Under the pieces are notes generated by a model. It was not told the origin of the DNA and did no database searches. It saw only the letters and a list, made by a program, of their open reading frames with translations. From NCBI GenBank assembly GCA_965249835.1, contig CBDFMY010000003.1, forward strand, positions 1,249,979 through 1,313,978: 64,000 nucleotides of DNA, given 5' to 3'. Origin of the DNA: Candidatus Poriferihabitaceae bacterium (GTDB lineage Bacteria; Pseudomonadota; Gammaproteobacteria; Arenicellales; Poriferihabitantaceae). Below, piece by piece: positions 20,192-32,185 of this stretch. The translations under genes and the position numbers were made by a program. Each line of letters starts with the position of its first letter. Position 1 is the stretch's first letter.

Positions 20192-20934
20192 AAATCAGTA
20201 CAATCAACCGGCCCAATCAACCGACCCGTCCTCCACCCATGCCCAAATCCCGGGAAGTTGCGGATTACCTCAAGGCGCATCCTGAATTCTTTGCCGAGTA
20301 TCCGGATTTGCTCGCCGCCAACCTGCCGGCGGCAGCGGATGCCGTGCCTGCGCATAAACGCATTCACGAGCGGCAGGTGCAGGCGTTGCGCGAGCGTAAT
20401 CATCGCCAGCAAGCGCGGTTTGACCAGGTGTTGGACACCGCTCGAAGCAATCAGGATCTTGACTTCGGATTGCATCAAATCGCGGTTGCCTTGTTGAACC
20501 CGGATGATATGGATGCCAAAGACCCGACCGCGCCCGGAGCACTGGTGAAGTCCCGGTTTGATATGGATGAGGTGGCGATTTTTCTATCGGCCCCATTATC
20601 TACCAAGGCGAACGCGAAAAAATCCGGGCAAAAAACCAAACAAAAAATACCTGACGCGCAGGTGGACTACGAGCGACTCAGCCAACGCGTGGAACATCTC
20701 GGCAGCGTTTGCGATGACCGGGTGTCGAGCCAATTGGGCACGGCGTTGTTTCCGGATGCCGCCGCCATCGCCTCGTGCGCTTTCGTCCCCATCACCCACC
20801 AACAAAAACTATACGGCGTGATGGTGCTCGGCTCCGCCGACCGCGAACGCTTCCAACCCGACATGGGGGTGCTGATTCTCGACCGCCTCGGGCAATTGCT
20901 CGGTGCTTATCTGGCCGGACGCGGCTTGGTCTAA
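20185..20934 (+). CDS. DUF484 family protein
   Basis: VADYLKAHPEFFAEYPDLLAANLPAA...RERNHRQQARFDQVLDTARSNQDL; located between dapF and xerC. Confidence 0.9.
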   Translation: MVKISTINRPNQPTRPPPMPKSREVADYLKAHPEFFAEYPDLLAANLPAAADAVPAHKRIHERQVQALRERNHRQQARFDQVLDTARSNQDLDFGLHQIAVALLNPDDMDAKDPTAPGALVKSRFDMDEVAIFLSAPLSTKANAKKSGQKTKQKIPDAQVDYERLSQRVEHLGSVCDDRVSSQLGTALFPDAAAIASCAFVPITHQQKLYGVMVLGSADRERFQPDMGVLILDRLGQLLGAYLAGRGLV

Positions 20935-20965
20935 GCGCGTCTCGAATGACTTGAACCAGTCAAAC

Positions 20966-21859
20966 ATGCAACCCACCGACCCCGTGCGTGAATTTCTTGC
21001 GCACCTCGCGCGCCATCGGCGGCTGTCTCCCCACACCGTGAATGCCTATCGCCGCGACCTTGGGCGGCTGGCTACGTTTGTCGAGACTGCCGCCGCCGGA
21101 AGTTGGCGCGATTTGTCCGCCAAACAAGCGCGTGCGTTTCCGGCAAAGTTGCATCAGTCGGGGCTATCCGGGCGTAGCATCGCGCGTATGTTGTCCGCCG
21201 CCCGGACGTTTTACCGCCATCTGATTAAAACCGGGGATGCCGCCTCCAACCCCTTTGATGGAATCAGTGCACCGAAGTCGGGACGCAGATTGCCGGCGAC
21301 CCTGAGCGTCGACCAGTTGGATGCGTTACTGGAGCAACACGATGGCAGCGTGTTGTCTATCCGCGACCGCGCCATGCTGGAACTTTTTTATTCCTCCGGA
21401 CTGCGCTTGTCCGAGTTGGTAGCGTTGGATGAAACCGCCATTGATTTCCAACAAAATCAAGTTATCGTCACTGGCAAAGGCAACAAGCAACGCATCGTTC
21501 CGGTCGGGCGCAAAGCCGCGCACGCGGTTTCGGAATGGTTGCCATGTCGCGCATCCATCGCCGCACCCGGCGAGGTCGCGCTATTCGTCAACAACAACGG
21601 CGCACGACTCGGCGCGCGCGGAATTCAATATCGACTTAATCGGTGGGCGAAACAACACGGTCTCGGGCAACGCTTGCACCCGCACATGCTGCGTCATTCC
21701 TTCGCCAGCCATGTGCTCGCTTCCAGCGGCGATTTGCGTGCGGTGCAGGAAATGCTCGGACACGCCGACATCGCCACCACCCAGATTTACACCCATCTCA
21801 ATTTCCAGCATCTTGCCAGGGTTTATGATAAGGCGCATCCACGCGCACGCAAGAAGTGA
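20966..21859 (+). CDS. xerC: Tyrosine recombinase XerC
   Basis: [23 protein letters not shown]; [14 protein letters not shown]; [42 protein letters not shown]. Start ATG 20966 likely. Confidence 0.93.
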   Translation: MQPTDPVREFLAHLARHRRLSPHTVNAYRRDLGRLATFVETAAAGSWRDLSAKQARAFPAKLHQSGLSGRSIARMLSAARTFYRHLIKTGDAASNPFDGISAPKSGRRLPATLSVDQLDALLEQHDGSVLSIRDRAMLELFYSSGLRLSELVALDETAIDFQQNQVIVTGKGNKQRIVPVGRKAAHAVSEWLPCRASIAAPGEVALFVNNNGARLGARGIQYRLNRWAKQHGLGQRLHPHMLRHSFASHVLASSGDLRAVQEMLGHADIATTQIYTHLNFQHLARVYDKAHPRARKK

Positions 21860-22044
21860 CGCTGCCCCATTTTTATTATGGTCGCAATGCTGTGTTGTGG
21901 TGCGTTGCGTTGCCGTTACTACAAACCATCATTGCCCATCATTGCCATGGGCGAACATCGTGCGATAAACTGCGCACGATTTTTTGCCCCGGTTTTGACG
22001 GATAATCGCGGGTGACTTTTACCTTTTTCTTCGGAGCATAGTTA

Positions 22045-24057
<2,013 letters not shown>

Positions 24058-24089
24058 GTTGAGAAAATCGCAATGTGGAGAGATTTGTC

Positions 24090-24557
24090 ATGACAGGAAA
24101 AATTATCAACCACCACTACACCGAATGCGGATTGCCGAATGTGTGGATTCGGTGTCGTCAGATAATTGATGATGCCGGAGAAAAGGCAATCATCATTTCC
24201 AATATCGGGAGTTTGCATAAATCAATCGCACACAAAATCGTAGTCGCCGATGGCGCTTTGACTGGTGCGGAAATAAAATTTCTGCGCTCCGAGATGGGTT
24301 GGACGCAAGCACAACTGGCCGAGATTGTGCACTGCCAACGGCTGACCATTTCCCGCTGGGAGAACGGCGAAAGCACAATCAACGGCGCGGCCGATTCATT
24401 CATCCGCATGCTGGCGATCGATAAACTAAAACTCAACAAACTCGCCGCGGAAAAGATCAGCCGCAAGTATAAAAATGTGAGTAACGAGAAATCTCGGAAG
24501 AAAATACCTATTCAAATCGGCGGAGTAAATGTAGCGCGTTGTCGGTTGGCGGCTTAA
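24090..24557 (+). CDS. XRE/Cro-type helix-turn-helix protein (MqsA/YgiT-like HTH region)
   Basis: [52 protein letters not shown]. Confidence 0.75.
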   Translation: MTGKIINHHYTECGLPNVWIRCRQIIDDAGEKAIIISNIGSLHKSIAHKIVVADGALTGAEIKFLRSEMGWTQAQLAEIVHCQRLTISRWENGESTINGAADSFIRMLAIDKLKLNKLAAEKISRKYKNVSNEKSRKKIPIQIGGVNVARCRLAA

Positions 24558-24576
24558 GGATTAGTTGCGTGGAGTA

Positions 24577-24613
24577 GCGATTGTCAGTTTGGTGATTGCG
24601 CCGTTGTTGTAGG
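24577..24613 (+). repeat. 37-bp direct repeat, copy 2
   Basis: Exact duplicate of the last 36-37 nt of hppA, placed just after the HTH gene. Confidence 0.98.
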
Positions 24614-24689
24614 CGGGGTTACATCATCTTTGATTTTCTGCTAATGTTTCCGTACGTAATATCAGCATTTCACCCATTGGAGATTCAAC

Positions 24690-24866
24690 ATGTTTTCCTT
24701 GTTTAAGAAAAAGCCAACAACGAGCAGTGCTCTTTCAGAGTTCATGCGCAATGCTTCTTCGCGGGAAAAAAAACGCGCGTTCAAAAAAATTATCGAAGAG
24801 TCAATCAAAGAACAGCAGAAAATCATCGATATGGCAGATCAGATGGATGCCGAAAAGCGCGCATGA
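24690..24866 (+). CDS. 58-aa small protein, candidate antitoxin upstream of the zeta-like toxin
   Basis: ATG preceded by GGAG; MFSLFKKKPTTSSALSEFMRNASSREKKRAFKKIIEESIKEQQKIIDMADQMDAEKRA*. Absent from the ORF track, which lists ORFs of 60 aa or more. Confidence 0.6.
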   Translation: MFSLFKKKPTTSSALSEFMRNASSREKKRAFKKIIEESIKEQQKIIDMADQMDAEKRA

Positions 24867-24931
24867 TTTTCTCGTTGCGTTGACGGTTCAGGGAATATAG
24901 CCGACAACACCAGACACATGGACGATGGATA

Positions 24932-25630
24932 ATGGATAACGCCGAAGCGATTACTGCCCGGGCGGTGCAGTTCGCCAAAGATAATTGCAAGGAAATTACC
25001 CGACGGGCGATAGCAGGGTTTTCGCAGGAAAGTGATCCTGTTTCTATTTTTATGGCGGGTTCGCCCGGGGCAGGTAAAACCGAGGCTTCAAAAAAACTAT
25101 TAAAAAACCATGGTGATATATTGCGCATTGACGCTGACGAGTTACGCGAACATTTCAGGGAATGTGGTTACGATGGAAAAAATTCACATCTTTTTCAGAA
25201 AGCCGCGACCAGATTAGTGCATGAAATACATGACGCTGCCTTAAAAAGTAAAATCAGTTTTTTACTCGATGGCACTTTCGCCGGCGAACCCATGGCGAGA
25301 CAAAATATTCAAAGGTCATTGAAACGAGACCGAGATGTATTTGTTTTGTTTGTGTATCAATCCCCATTGACTGCATGGGTTTTTGTGCAAAAACGCGAAA
25401 AGGTGGAAGGACGACGCATACAACCACAAGATTTCGCGGAAAAGTTTTGCGCATCAAGAAAAGTGGTGAACAAGATGAAGGCGGAGTTTGGAAATAAAAT
25501 TGAATTGTCGCTGGTGCAGAAAAACATTGACGGCACCAACAAAATTTTTAAAGAGAGCATTCAACGAATCGATGATCATATTCCAGAAAAATACAGCGAA
25601 GAGCAAATACTGAAAGAAATTTTGGGTTAG
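24932..25630 (+). CDS. Zeta-toxin family kinase
   Basis: FMAGSPGAGKTEASKKLL (P-loop), LRIDADELREHF, LLDGTFAGEPMARQNIQRSLKRDRDVFVLFVYQSPLTAWVFVQKREKVEGRRI. Confidence 0.85.
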   Translation: MDNAEAITARAVQFAKDNCKEITRRAIAGFSQESDPVSIFMAGSPGAGKTEASKKLLKNHGDILRIDADELREHFRECGYDGKNSHLFQKAATRLVHEIHDAALKSKISFLLDGTFAGEPMARQNIQRSLKRDRDVFVLFVYQSPLTAWVFVQKREKVEGRRIQPQDFAEKFCASRKVVNKMKAEFGNKIELSLVQKNIDGTNKIFKESIQRIDDHIPEKYSEEQILKEILG

Positions 25631-25644
25631 CGAGACTGATTATT

Positions 25645-26607
25645 ATGAACACAAAAATTGGGAAAATCCGCAAGGTTGCTTTGCGCGAACTCTGGAAAAG
25701 GGAGGATACAAACTTTACCCAGTGGCTCGAAGAAAACATCGATTACCTGACCGATGTCATTGGTTTCAATATCACCGTTGAATCGCGGGAAAAGAAGGTC
25801 GGGCCGTTCAGTGTTGATTTATATGGCGAGGACGATAATGGCGATAAAGTCATTATCGAAAATCAACTGGAAAAAACAGATCACACTCATCTCGGGCAAA
25901 TACTTACTTACCTGACAAACCTTGAGGCAAAGACCGCAATCTGGATTTCGAGCGATCCCGTTGAAGAGCATAAGAAAGCAATTGAGTGGTTAAATGAAAC
26001 GACCCCGGACGATATTTCTTTTTACTTGATACAACTGGAGGTTATAAAAATCGATGGCGAATCGGTGGCAGCACCTTTGTTCACTGTTATCAAGAAACCG
26101 AATATTGAAACTAAACAAATTGGGGATGAAAAAAAGAAATCCTCACATCGGCATACTTTGCTTTACAAATTTTGGGAGCAATTTATTGGAAAAATAAATG
26201 AAAAAAGTCCTATTTATCAAAATATCAGTCCAGGGAAGAACCATTGGCTACCAGTATCGCTTGGCATGAGTGGGGTAAGTATGAATCTGGTTGTGTCCAA
26301 CAGACAAGCACGGGCGGAAATTTACATTGACACAGGAGACAAGGAGAAAAACGAAATCATATTTGATTTTTTCTTTGACAAAAAAGAGCAGATTGAATCT
26401 GATTTTGCGGACAAATTAAACTGGAAAAAATTGGAAAATAATCAGGCTTCCAAGGTTGAACATCAATTAAATAATGTCAGCTTTTCCAACGAAGAAGACT
26501 GGAACAAAATGACTGATTTTTTGATTGATTGTGCCATCATAATGCATCAGGCATTTCAGAAACATATACCGGAAATAAAGGAAAAACTAAAAACCGGCGT
26601 GGCGTAA
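25645..26607 (+). CDS. DUF4268-like protein with PD-(D/E)XK nuclease-like N-terminal region
   Basis: FSVDLYGEDDNGDKVIIENQLEKTDHTHLGQILTYLTNLEAKTAIWISS; immediately downstream of the zeta gene. Confidence 0.75.
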   Translation: MNTKIGKIRKVALRELWKREDTNFTQWLEENIDYLTDVIGFNITVESREKKVGPFSVDLYGEDDNGDKVIIENQLEKTDHTHLGQILTYLTNLEAKTAIWISSDPVEEHKKAIEWLNETTPDDISFYLIQLEVIKIDGESVAAPLFTVIKKPNIETKQIGDEKKKSSHRHTLLYKFWEQFIGKINEKSPIYQNISPGKNHWLPVSLGMSGVSMNLVVSNRQARAEIYIDTGDKEKNEIIFDFFFDKKEQIESDFADKLNWKKLENNQASKVEHQLNNVSFSNEEDWNKMTDFLIDCAIIMHQAFQKHIPEIKEKLKTGVA

Positions 26608-26623
26608 TTTTCATTGCACATTT

Positions 26624-26812
26624 TCACAACTCTTCCCCAACCACAAAATCAAAAACTCGATTCAACTCCAGCTCCACAATCAAATCATCCGCCGCTTTCC
26701 GACCATGTTCGCGCACGACTTCGGCGAGAATCAGTTTGGCCGAGTGGCGGTTATACGAGCCGCCGAAATCGACTTGCACCTGCAACAACTCGCGCGCTTT
26801 ATTCAGCGTCAT
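26624..26812 (-). CDS. Small conserved hypothetical protein
   Basis: KARELLQVQVDFGGSYNRHSAKLILAEVVREHGRKAADDLIVELELNRVF; overlaps the start of the downstream PFK stop region, same strand. Confidence 0.55.
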   Translation of the reverse strand: MTLNKARELLQVQVDFGGSYNRHSAKLILAEVVREHGRKAADDLIVELELNRVFDFVVGEEL

Positions 26813-28062
26813 AACTTAAATACCGATGTTAGTTTTTTGGGTACCGGCGTGTTTTTTAATTGCACATAATCCGGCAAACTATTTTTATACGGCGGATAAT
26901 CTTCGCCCCGCATCAACGGCGCGAGGTATGCGCGACATTTGCGCGTGATGCCAAAACCATCTTTGTCGATAAAACTTCGCGGCATCATTTTTTCCACATT
27001 GGCAACGCGCCCCAGCTTGGCGGCGCCGATCTTCCAGCGATAGGGTTTGTTGCCGGTGCGCACGATGGTCGGCATCACCGCGTTATCGCCGGCCAGCGCC
27101 ATTTTCACCGCGGCCTTGCCGACCGCGTATGCTTGCTCCACATCGGTTTTTGAGGCGATATGCCGCGCCGAGCGTTGCATATAATCCGCCACCGCCCAAT
27201 GAAATTTGTAACCCAAATCTTGTTTGACCATATTGGCCACAACCGGCGCGACGCCACCTAACTGCGCGTGGCCAAAGGCGTCCACCAAGCCCTGATCGGA
27301 GAGAAGCCGGTCGCGCCGGTCGCGCACACCTTCGGAGACGACGATGGAAACATAGCCGTGTTCGCGTACCATGCGTTTCACTCGCGTCATGAATTTTTTT
27401 CGATGGAACGGAATCTCCGGGAACAACACGATAATCGGAATTTCGATGTCGTCGTCCGCCGCCATCGCGCCGGCCGCGGCGATCCATCCGGCGTGTCGCC
27501 CCATGACTTCCAGCACAAAAACTTTGGTCGAAGTTTTTGCCATGGCGGCGACATCAAAACTCGCTTCGCGCACCGACACGGCGATGTATTTCGCCACCGA
27601 ACCGAAGCCCGGACAGTTGTCGGTGATGGGCAAATCGTTATCCACGGTTTTTGGAATGTGAATCGCTTGTAGCGGATATTTCATGCGGCGTGATAATCGC
27701 GAAATTTTCAGGCAGGTGTCGGCGGAATCGCCGCCGCCGTTGTAAAGAAAATAACCAATGTCGTGCGCCGCAAATACTTCAATCAATCGCGCATACTCGC
27801 GCTCGCTTTCGCTTTGCAATTTATAACGGCACGAACCGAATGCGCCGGACGGCGTGTGGCGCAGTTTGCGAATCACGGCGGCGCTGATGCGTGATGTGTC
27901 GATCAAGTCTTCGGTGAGTGCGCCGATGATACCATCGCGCCCGGCAAACACTTTGCCGATTTTGTTTTTATGTTTACGTGCGGTTTCAATCACGCCGGCG
28001 GCGCTGGCGTTAATCACCGCCGTGACCCCGCCGGACTGCGCGTAAAAAATATTTCTTTTCAT
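26809..28062 (-). CDS. pfp: 6-phosphofructokinase, probably pyrophosphate-dependent type
   Basis: YAQSGGVTAVINASAAGV; GRDGIIGAL; GGGDSADT; AIHIPKTVDNDLPITDNCPGFGSVAKY (Lys in PKTxDND, as in PPi-PFKs). Confidence 0.85.
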   Translation of the reverse strand: MKRNIFYAQSGGVTAVINASAAGVIETARKHKNKIGKVFAGRDGIIGALTEDLIDTSRISAAVIRKLRHTPSGAFGSCRYKLQSESEREYARLIEVFAAHDIGYFLYNGGGDSADTCLKISRLSRRMKYPLQAIHIPKTVDNDLPITDNCPGFGSVAKYIAVSVREASFDVAAMAKTSTKVFVLEVMGRHAGWIAAAGAMAADDDIEIPIIVLFPEIPFHRKKFMTRVKRMVREHGYVSIVVSEGVRDRRDRLLSDQGLVDAFGHAQLGGVAPVVANMVKQDLGYKFHWAVADYMQRSARHIASKTDVEQAYAVGKAAVKMALAGDNAVMPTIVRTGNKPYRWKIGAAKLGRVANVEKMMPRSFIDKDGFGITRKCRAYLAPLMRGEDYPPYKNSLPDYVQLKNTPVPKKLTSVFKL

Positions 28063-28454
28063 GATTTTATGGATGCGCCGGTGCTACCGGAATCCACGCC
28101 GTGCCGCTCGCGCTCGTGGTCGGCTTGAGTTTGCAACACCGCGGCGACGCACTCATCAAGGTTGTCGTATTCATCGATTCCGGTGCCGTATTGTTCGTGC
28201 GGCGTATAGAAAAATTGCGTGCGATAACGTGTCGCGTCAATCTTGATCACCACAAAATTTGCATCACGCGCATGCCAATATACGGTCGGGCAACTGGTCG
28301 CGCCGGCATCATCAGGCGCGTCATCACGCTCGTCGTCATGCTCGTCCAGCAGCAATTCGCAATCGGCCAATTCAATTTCCACTGCCTGTTTATACCGCTG
28401 CATCAACATCTCGCGGATGATGTGAATTTCGGTGTCGGTAAACTCAGATGACAT
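28059..28454 (-). CDS. Hypothetical protein, acidic
   Basis: Open frame with ATG 28454 (MSSEFTDTEIHIIREMLMQRYKQAVEIELADCELLLDEHDD); 4-nt overlap with pfp. Confidence 0.5.
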   Translation of the reverse strand: MSSEFTDTEIHIIREMLMQRYKQAVEIELADCELLLDEHDDERDDAPDDAGATSCPTVYWHARDANFVVIKIDATRYRTQFFYTPHEQYGTGIDEYDNLDECVAAVLQTQADHERERHGVDSGSTGASIKS

Positions 28455-28584
28455 GTTCGGATGCCGTGATGACCGGGAAAAATTTACGAGAGCAGATTTT
28501 ACAATAATTTTTGCGATGCGGGTGAAGCGCATGGCGTGATATGGCATAAAATATCAGGGCATAAATGGAGAATGAAAAAGGCAA

Positions 28585-29241
28585 ATGAGTAATCTCGCGT
28601 TTCAACAAAGTTTATTTCCAACAGAAAACAAACAGTCGCATGATTGCACGCGGCTTGTCGTGCCGCCGGAACAAATATGGTGCCTGCGCGCCGGTGGCGG
28701 GGATTATATTTCGGATTTCATTACCTCGGAGGAAGAAACCGATTTGCTCGCCGCGGTTGATCGCGAGATTTGGAAAAACGATTTGCGACGGCGGGTGCAA
28801 CATTATGGCTACCGTTACGATTACACCGAGCGTAATATTACTGCTAGTGACCGGCTTGGCTCGTTGCCGATTTGGGTGAGAGAAATTAGCGAGCGCTTGA
28901 CGACAAAAAAAATATTTCAATCGAAACCCGATCAGTTGATAGTAAATGAATATCAACCGGGGCAGGGCATCGCGCCGCATACTGACCGCGATTGTTTTGG
29001 CGCGGTGGTTGCCTCGCTATCACTGGGTAGCGACTGCATGATGGAAATTACGCCGCATGGTAAAAACAAGCAAGATGATTTTAGTATTGTGCTACAGCGT
29101 CTGAGTCTGGTTGTGTTTCAGGGGCGGAGCCGAAATGTTTGGCGACACAGTATCGCGCCACGAAAAAGCGACCAGCAAGATGGATTCAAAATACCGCGCC
29201 AACGGCGTGTATCGCTCACCTTCCGCACCGTTGCAATTTGA
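28585..29241 (+). CDS. AlkB-like 2OG-Fe(II) oxygenase
   Basis: YISDFITSEEETDLLAAV; IVNEYQPGQGIAPHTDRDCFGAVVASLSLGSDCMMEI; SRNVWRHSIAPRKSD...RRVSLTFRTV. Confidence 0.88.
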   Translation: MSNLAFQQSLFPTENKQSHDCTRLVVPPEQIWCLRAGGGDYISDFITSEEETDLLAAVDREIWKNDLRRRVQHYGYRYDYTERNITASDRLGSLPIWVREISERLTTKKIFQSKPDQLIVNEYQPGQGIAPHTDRDCFGAVVASLSLGSDCMMEITPHGKNKQDDFSIVLQRLSLVVFQGRSRNVWRHSIAPRKSDQQDGFKIPRQRRVSLTFRTVAI

Positions 29242-29367
29242 GCGCACCTGCCCAGATTATGCTCCCTGGCATGCCCGGTGCTGACGAAAATGTAATCATC
29301 CGGTACATCAATACCGACTGCATAAGCTCAGATACTTTTGGCTCTCCTCAACCCAAGAGGAGATGCC

Positions 29368-29610
29368 ATGCAAGTCCAGCATATTGGCTACGGAATAAGA
29401 GGGTTTTACCGCGTTGCCAAAATCGGGCATCGTTGGGACATGAACCCTCATGCCCAAAAACGAATCGACATCCTGCGCTTCTGGGAAGTGCACGGTACCG
29501 CCGCCACCTGCGATGCCTTTGCAGTCAGCCGCCGCACTCTCTACCGCTGGCAGCAAACACTCGCCCAAGCCGGTGGCGACCATGATGCGCACATCGTCCC
29601 ATTGACATAA
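29368..29610 (+). pseudogene. Truncated transposase N-terminal helix-turn-helix fragment (integrase-type IS remnant)
   Basis: AQKRIDILRFWEVHGTAATCDAFAVSRRTLYRWQQTLAQAGGDHDAHIVPLT*; no catalytic DDE portion follows. Confidence 0.6.
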
Positions 29611-29785
29611 AACCCCGCGCCACTAAAAAAGTGTCTGGCTTCCACAGGAACAGCGATCTCATCCCCGATTTTCAGGTCATTTATAAGTCTGGATAATTTT
29701 TCAATGAGATATAACTTGGGATAGCAAATAAGAATTTAAATGTATTTCTGTTGCGCAATCTTAATTTCGAGACAATTCCAGGCTT

Positions 29786-30700
29786 CTAACAAGCCCTGGA
29801 AACAATCCACTTGCTGAAAGGCCGACAATAATTTCTGACTTGCGGGTTTTGTGATTGTGTCAGGTAGTAGCCGCACCCAGTCGCAATCTTGTCCTGAAAA
29901 GGCGCGACCAGCAACCCTTTTTCCAGCGCATCGCTGGTTAAAACGTTGCTGGCCAAGGTAAAACCGTTTCCGAGTTCCGCGGACTTTAACGCCAAGTGCG
30001 CGTGATTGTAATGGGGTCCATCTTTGGTTTCTATATTGGTTGCAAGGGAATGTCGCTTGGCGGCTACTGAAATCCAGTCTTGCCAGAAAACACCCACGTT
30101 GTCATCGTGAATAAGCGTGAAATTCGACAAATCAGTCACGTCGATTGATTTCACGTTTTGTATAATTTCAGGACTGCACACCGGAAATATTTCTTCCGGG
30201 AATAATAACCGCGTGTTATTAGTGTTTGCGATCGCGTTGTGTTTTTTATCAGTCATGAATAATATTCCCAAGTCGGCTTCCGATGAACGCAAGCTATCCC
30301 GAAAATCATATGTAACTATTTTTATGGCTATATCCGGGTGAAGCGCCTCGAATTCCGACAAACGAGGGATTAGCCAGCGCGATGCGAACGAGTCCGTAGT
30401 TTGTATGGTGATGATCGCTTTATTTTTACGGCGATCGATTTCACTATTGGAGAATTTCTCCAACAGATCTAGCAGAGAACCCAGTTCCAGCATATAACGA
30501 ATTCCAAAATCGGTCAGCTCGATCGCGCGAGTGCTCCGCTCAAACAGCTTAAGACCCAACCAGTCTTCAAGAAAACGCACTTGATGGCTTATTGCGGAAG
30601 AGGTCACGCACAACTCATCCCCAGCTTTTTTAAAGCTTTTATTGCGCGCCGCGGACTCGAAAGCCACGATGGCGTTTAATGGCGGAAGTCTCCTTCTCAT
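29786..30700 (-). CDS. LysR-family transcriptional regulator (GcvA-like)
   Basis: LPPLNAIVAFESAARNKSFKKAGDELCVTSSAISHQVRFLEDWLGLKLFERSTR. Confidence 0.92.
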   Translation of the reverse strand: MRRRLPPLNAIVAFESAARNKSFKKAGDELCVTSSAISHQVRFLEDWLGLKLFERSTRAIELTDFGIRYMLELGSLLDLLEKFSNSEIDRRKNKAIITIQTTDSFASRWLIPRLSEFEALHPDIAIKIVTYDFRDSLRSSEADLGILFMTDKKHNAIANTNNTRLLFPEEIFPVCSPEIIQNVKSIDVTDLSNFTLIHDDNVGVFWQDWISVAAKRHSLATNIETKDGPHYNHAHLALKSAELGNGFTLASNVLTSDALEKGLLVAPFQDKIATGCGYYLTQSQNPQVRNYCRPFSKWIVSRAC

Positions 30701-30952
30701 TAGTTATTTCTCATGGGTCGTTCATTAATATGTATTCCTGAGATTTATTCAGCGTCCGGTTGAGTTTTTATCGTTTGCAAGCGTTCGCCAAACCCCATTA
30801 CTATTTCACACAGCGTAAACATTATTCATTCTGAAACTCGTCGATGGGAAGAACCAGACCATGGAAGTTATCGCGCAGAAAAATACACGCATGAGGCTTG
30901 TTTTTTCATCATTGAGCGTATTTAGTTTTTGCGCACAAATGACATAACAGAA

Positions 30953-31909
30953 ATGAACACCTCCTCCGAAAATAAAAAAGACGACATTGTTCTCGGCGTC
31001 GGCATCATCATTGCGACCGTGTTCACCATGGCGTTCTCCGATGCCATCATCAAATATATCAGCGCGGACTTCCCCCTGTGGCAAATCTTTGTGGTGCGCT
31101 CGCTCGTGGCGATACCCGTTTTAATCGCCATCGTATTGTTCGCATCGCAAATATCCGACATCCGCCCGCGCTCGCTGAAATGGACGATCACGCGCAGCAT
31201 GTTGCTGGTGTTTATGTACATAGCCATCTACGCGGCAGTGCCATTGCTGCCTTTATCGGTCATAGCGGCGTCGCTTTATACCGGACCGATTTTCGTTGCC
31301 TTGTTTTCGGCCTTTCTCATCGGCGAGCCGGTCGGGACACGAAGATGGATCGCGGTTGTTCTTGGATTCATGGGGGTTGTTGTTATTCTCCGCCCGGACA
31401 CGGAGGCTTTTTCATTCTATATGTTGATACCGGTTATCGCCGGCTTGTTTTATGCGCTGGCGGCGATTATCACCAGAGCGAAATGCATCGATGAAAATCC
31501 GAAAATACTTGCCATCATGCTCAACTTATCGATTTTGATTATCGGATTGCTGGCGAGCGGCGTTGTTGTCTTGGCTCAGCCGCTACTCCGACACGGCATA
31601 ACCTATCCGTTCCTTCTCGGCAACTGGATTGCCATGCGGCCGCGCGAATGGGGCGTGATCGCGCTCTTGTCCTTCCTCATCGTCATCATCGGCATCGGCT
31701 TGGCGAAAGCGTATCAATCTGCGCCGCCGCCTATCATCGCCACTTTCGATTACACCTATCTGCTGTTCGCCGCCTGGTGGGGATTTTTGTTTTTCTCCGA
31801 AATCCCGAACCTGGAAACGATCATTGGAATGGTGATAATTGTTATCGCTGGCTTTCTTGTGATTGGTTCTGGTGTCAATAAAGGCGGACAACAAAGACGC
31901 GTCGGTTGA
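30953..31909 (+). CDS. EamA/DMT-family transporter
   Basis: Ten-TM-like protein: ATVFTMAFSDAIIKYISADFPLWQIFVVRSLVAIPVLI; AASLYTGPIFVALFSAFLIGEPVG. Confidence 0.88.
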   Translation: MNTSSENKKDDIVLGVGIIIATVFTMAFSDAIIKYISADFPLWQIFVVRSLVAIPVLIAIVLFASQISDIRPRSLKWTITRSMLLVFMYIAIYAAVPLLPLSVIAASLYTGPIFVALFSAFLIGEPVGTRRWIAVVLGFMGVVVILRPDTEAFSFYMLIPVIAGLFYALAAIITRAKCIDENPKILAIMLNLSILIIGLLASGVVVLAQPLLRHGITYPFLLGNWIAMRPREWGVIALLSFLIVIIGIGLAKAYQSAPPPIIATFDYTYLLFAAWWGFLFFSEIPNLETIIGMVIIVIAGFLVIGSGVNKGGQQRRVG

Positions 31910-32001
31910 CTCGCTGGCACTGATAGTTACCGCATCGGCCTGAACTGGAAATTCGGTTCGGCGATCGCTCTGGATGTGGTCGACCAGATCAATAACCGGC
32001 C

Positions 32002-32092
32002 GCGCAAATGCCTTGGCATGAAAACACCGAATCAGGCACTATTCGGCATAAATCCCCCTGTTGCACTTCGAGGTTGAATCCAAGGACTTATA
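32002..32092 (+). repeat. Dispersed 91-bp upstream repeat, family R3 (copy 1), 5' of qmoA
   Basis: CGCAAATGCCTTGGCATGAAAACACC...GGTTGAATCCAAGGACTTATAC, matches 45801-45883 with an 8-nt indel. Confidence 0.9.
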
Positions 32093-32185
32093 CACGCACT
32101 GGAATCGGCGGCGTGCTCGCCGTATAATCGCCATCATGACCCGCCATCCCCTTCCGGCAACCGCACGGTTGCAACGCCACGGGCA

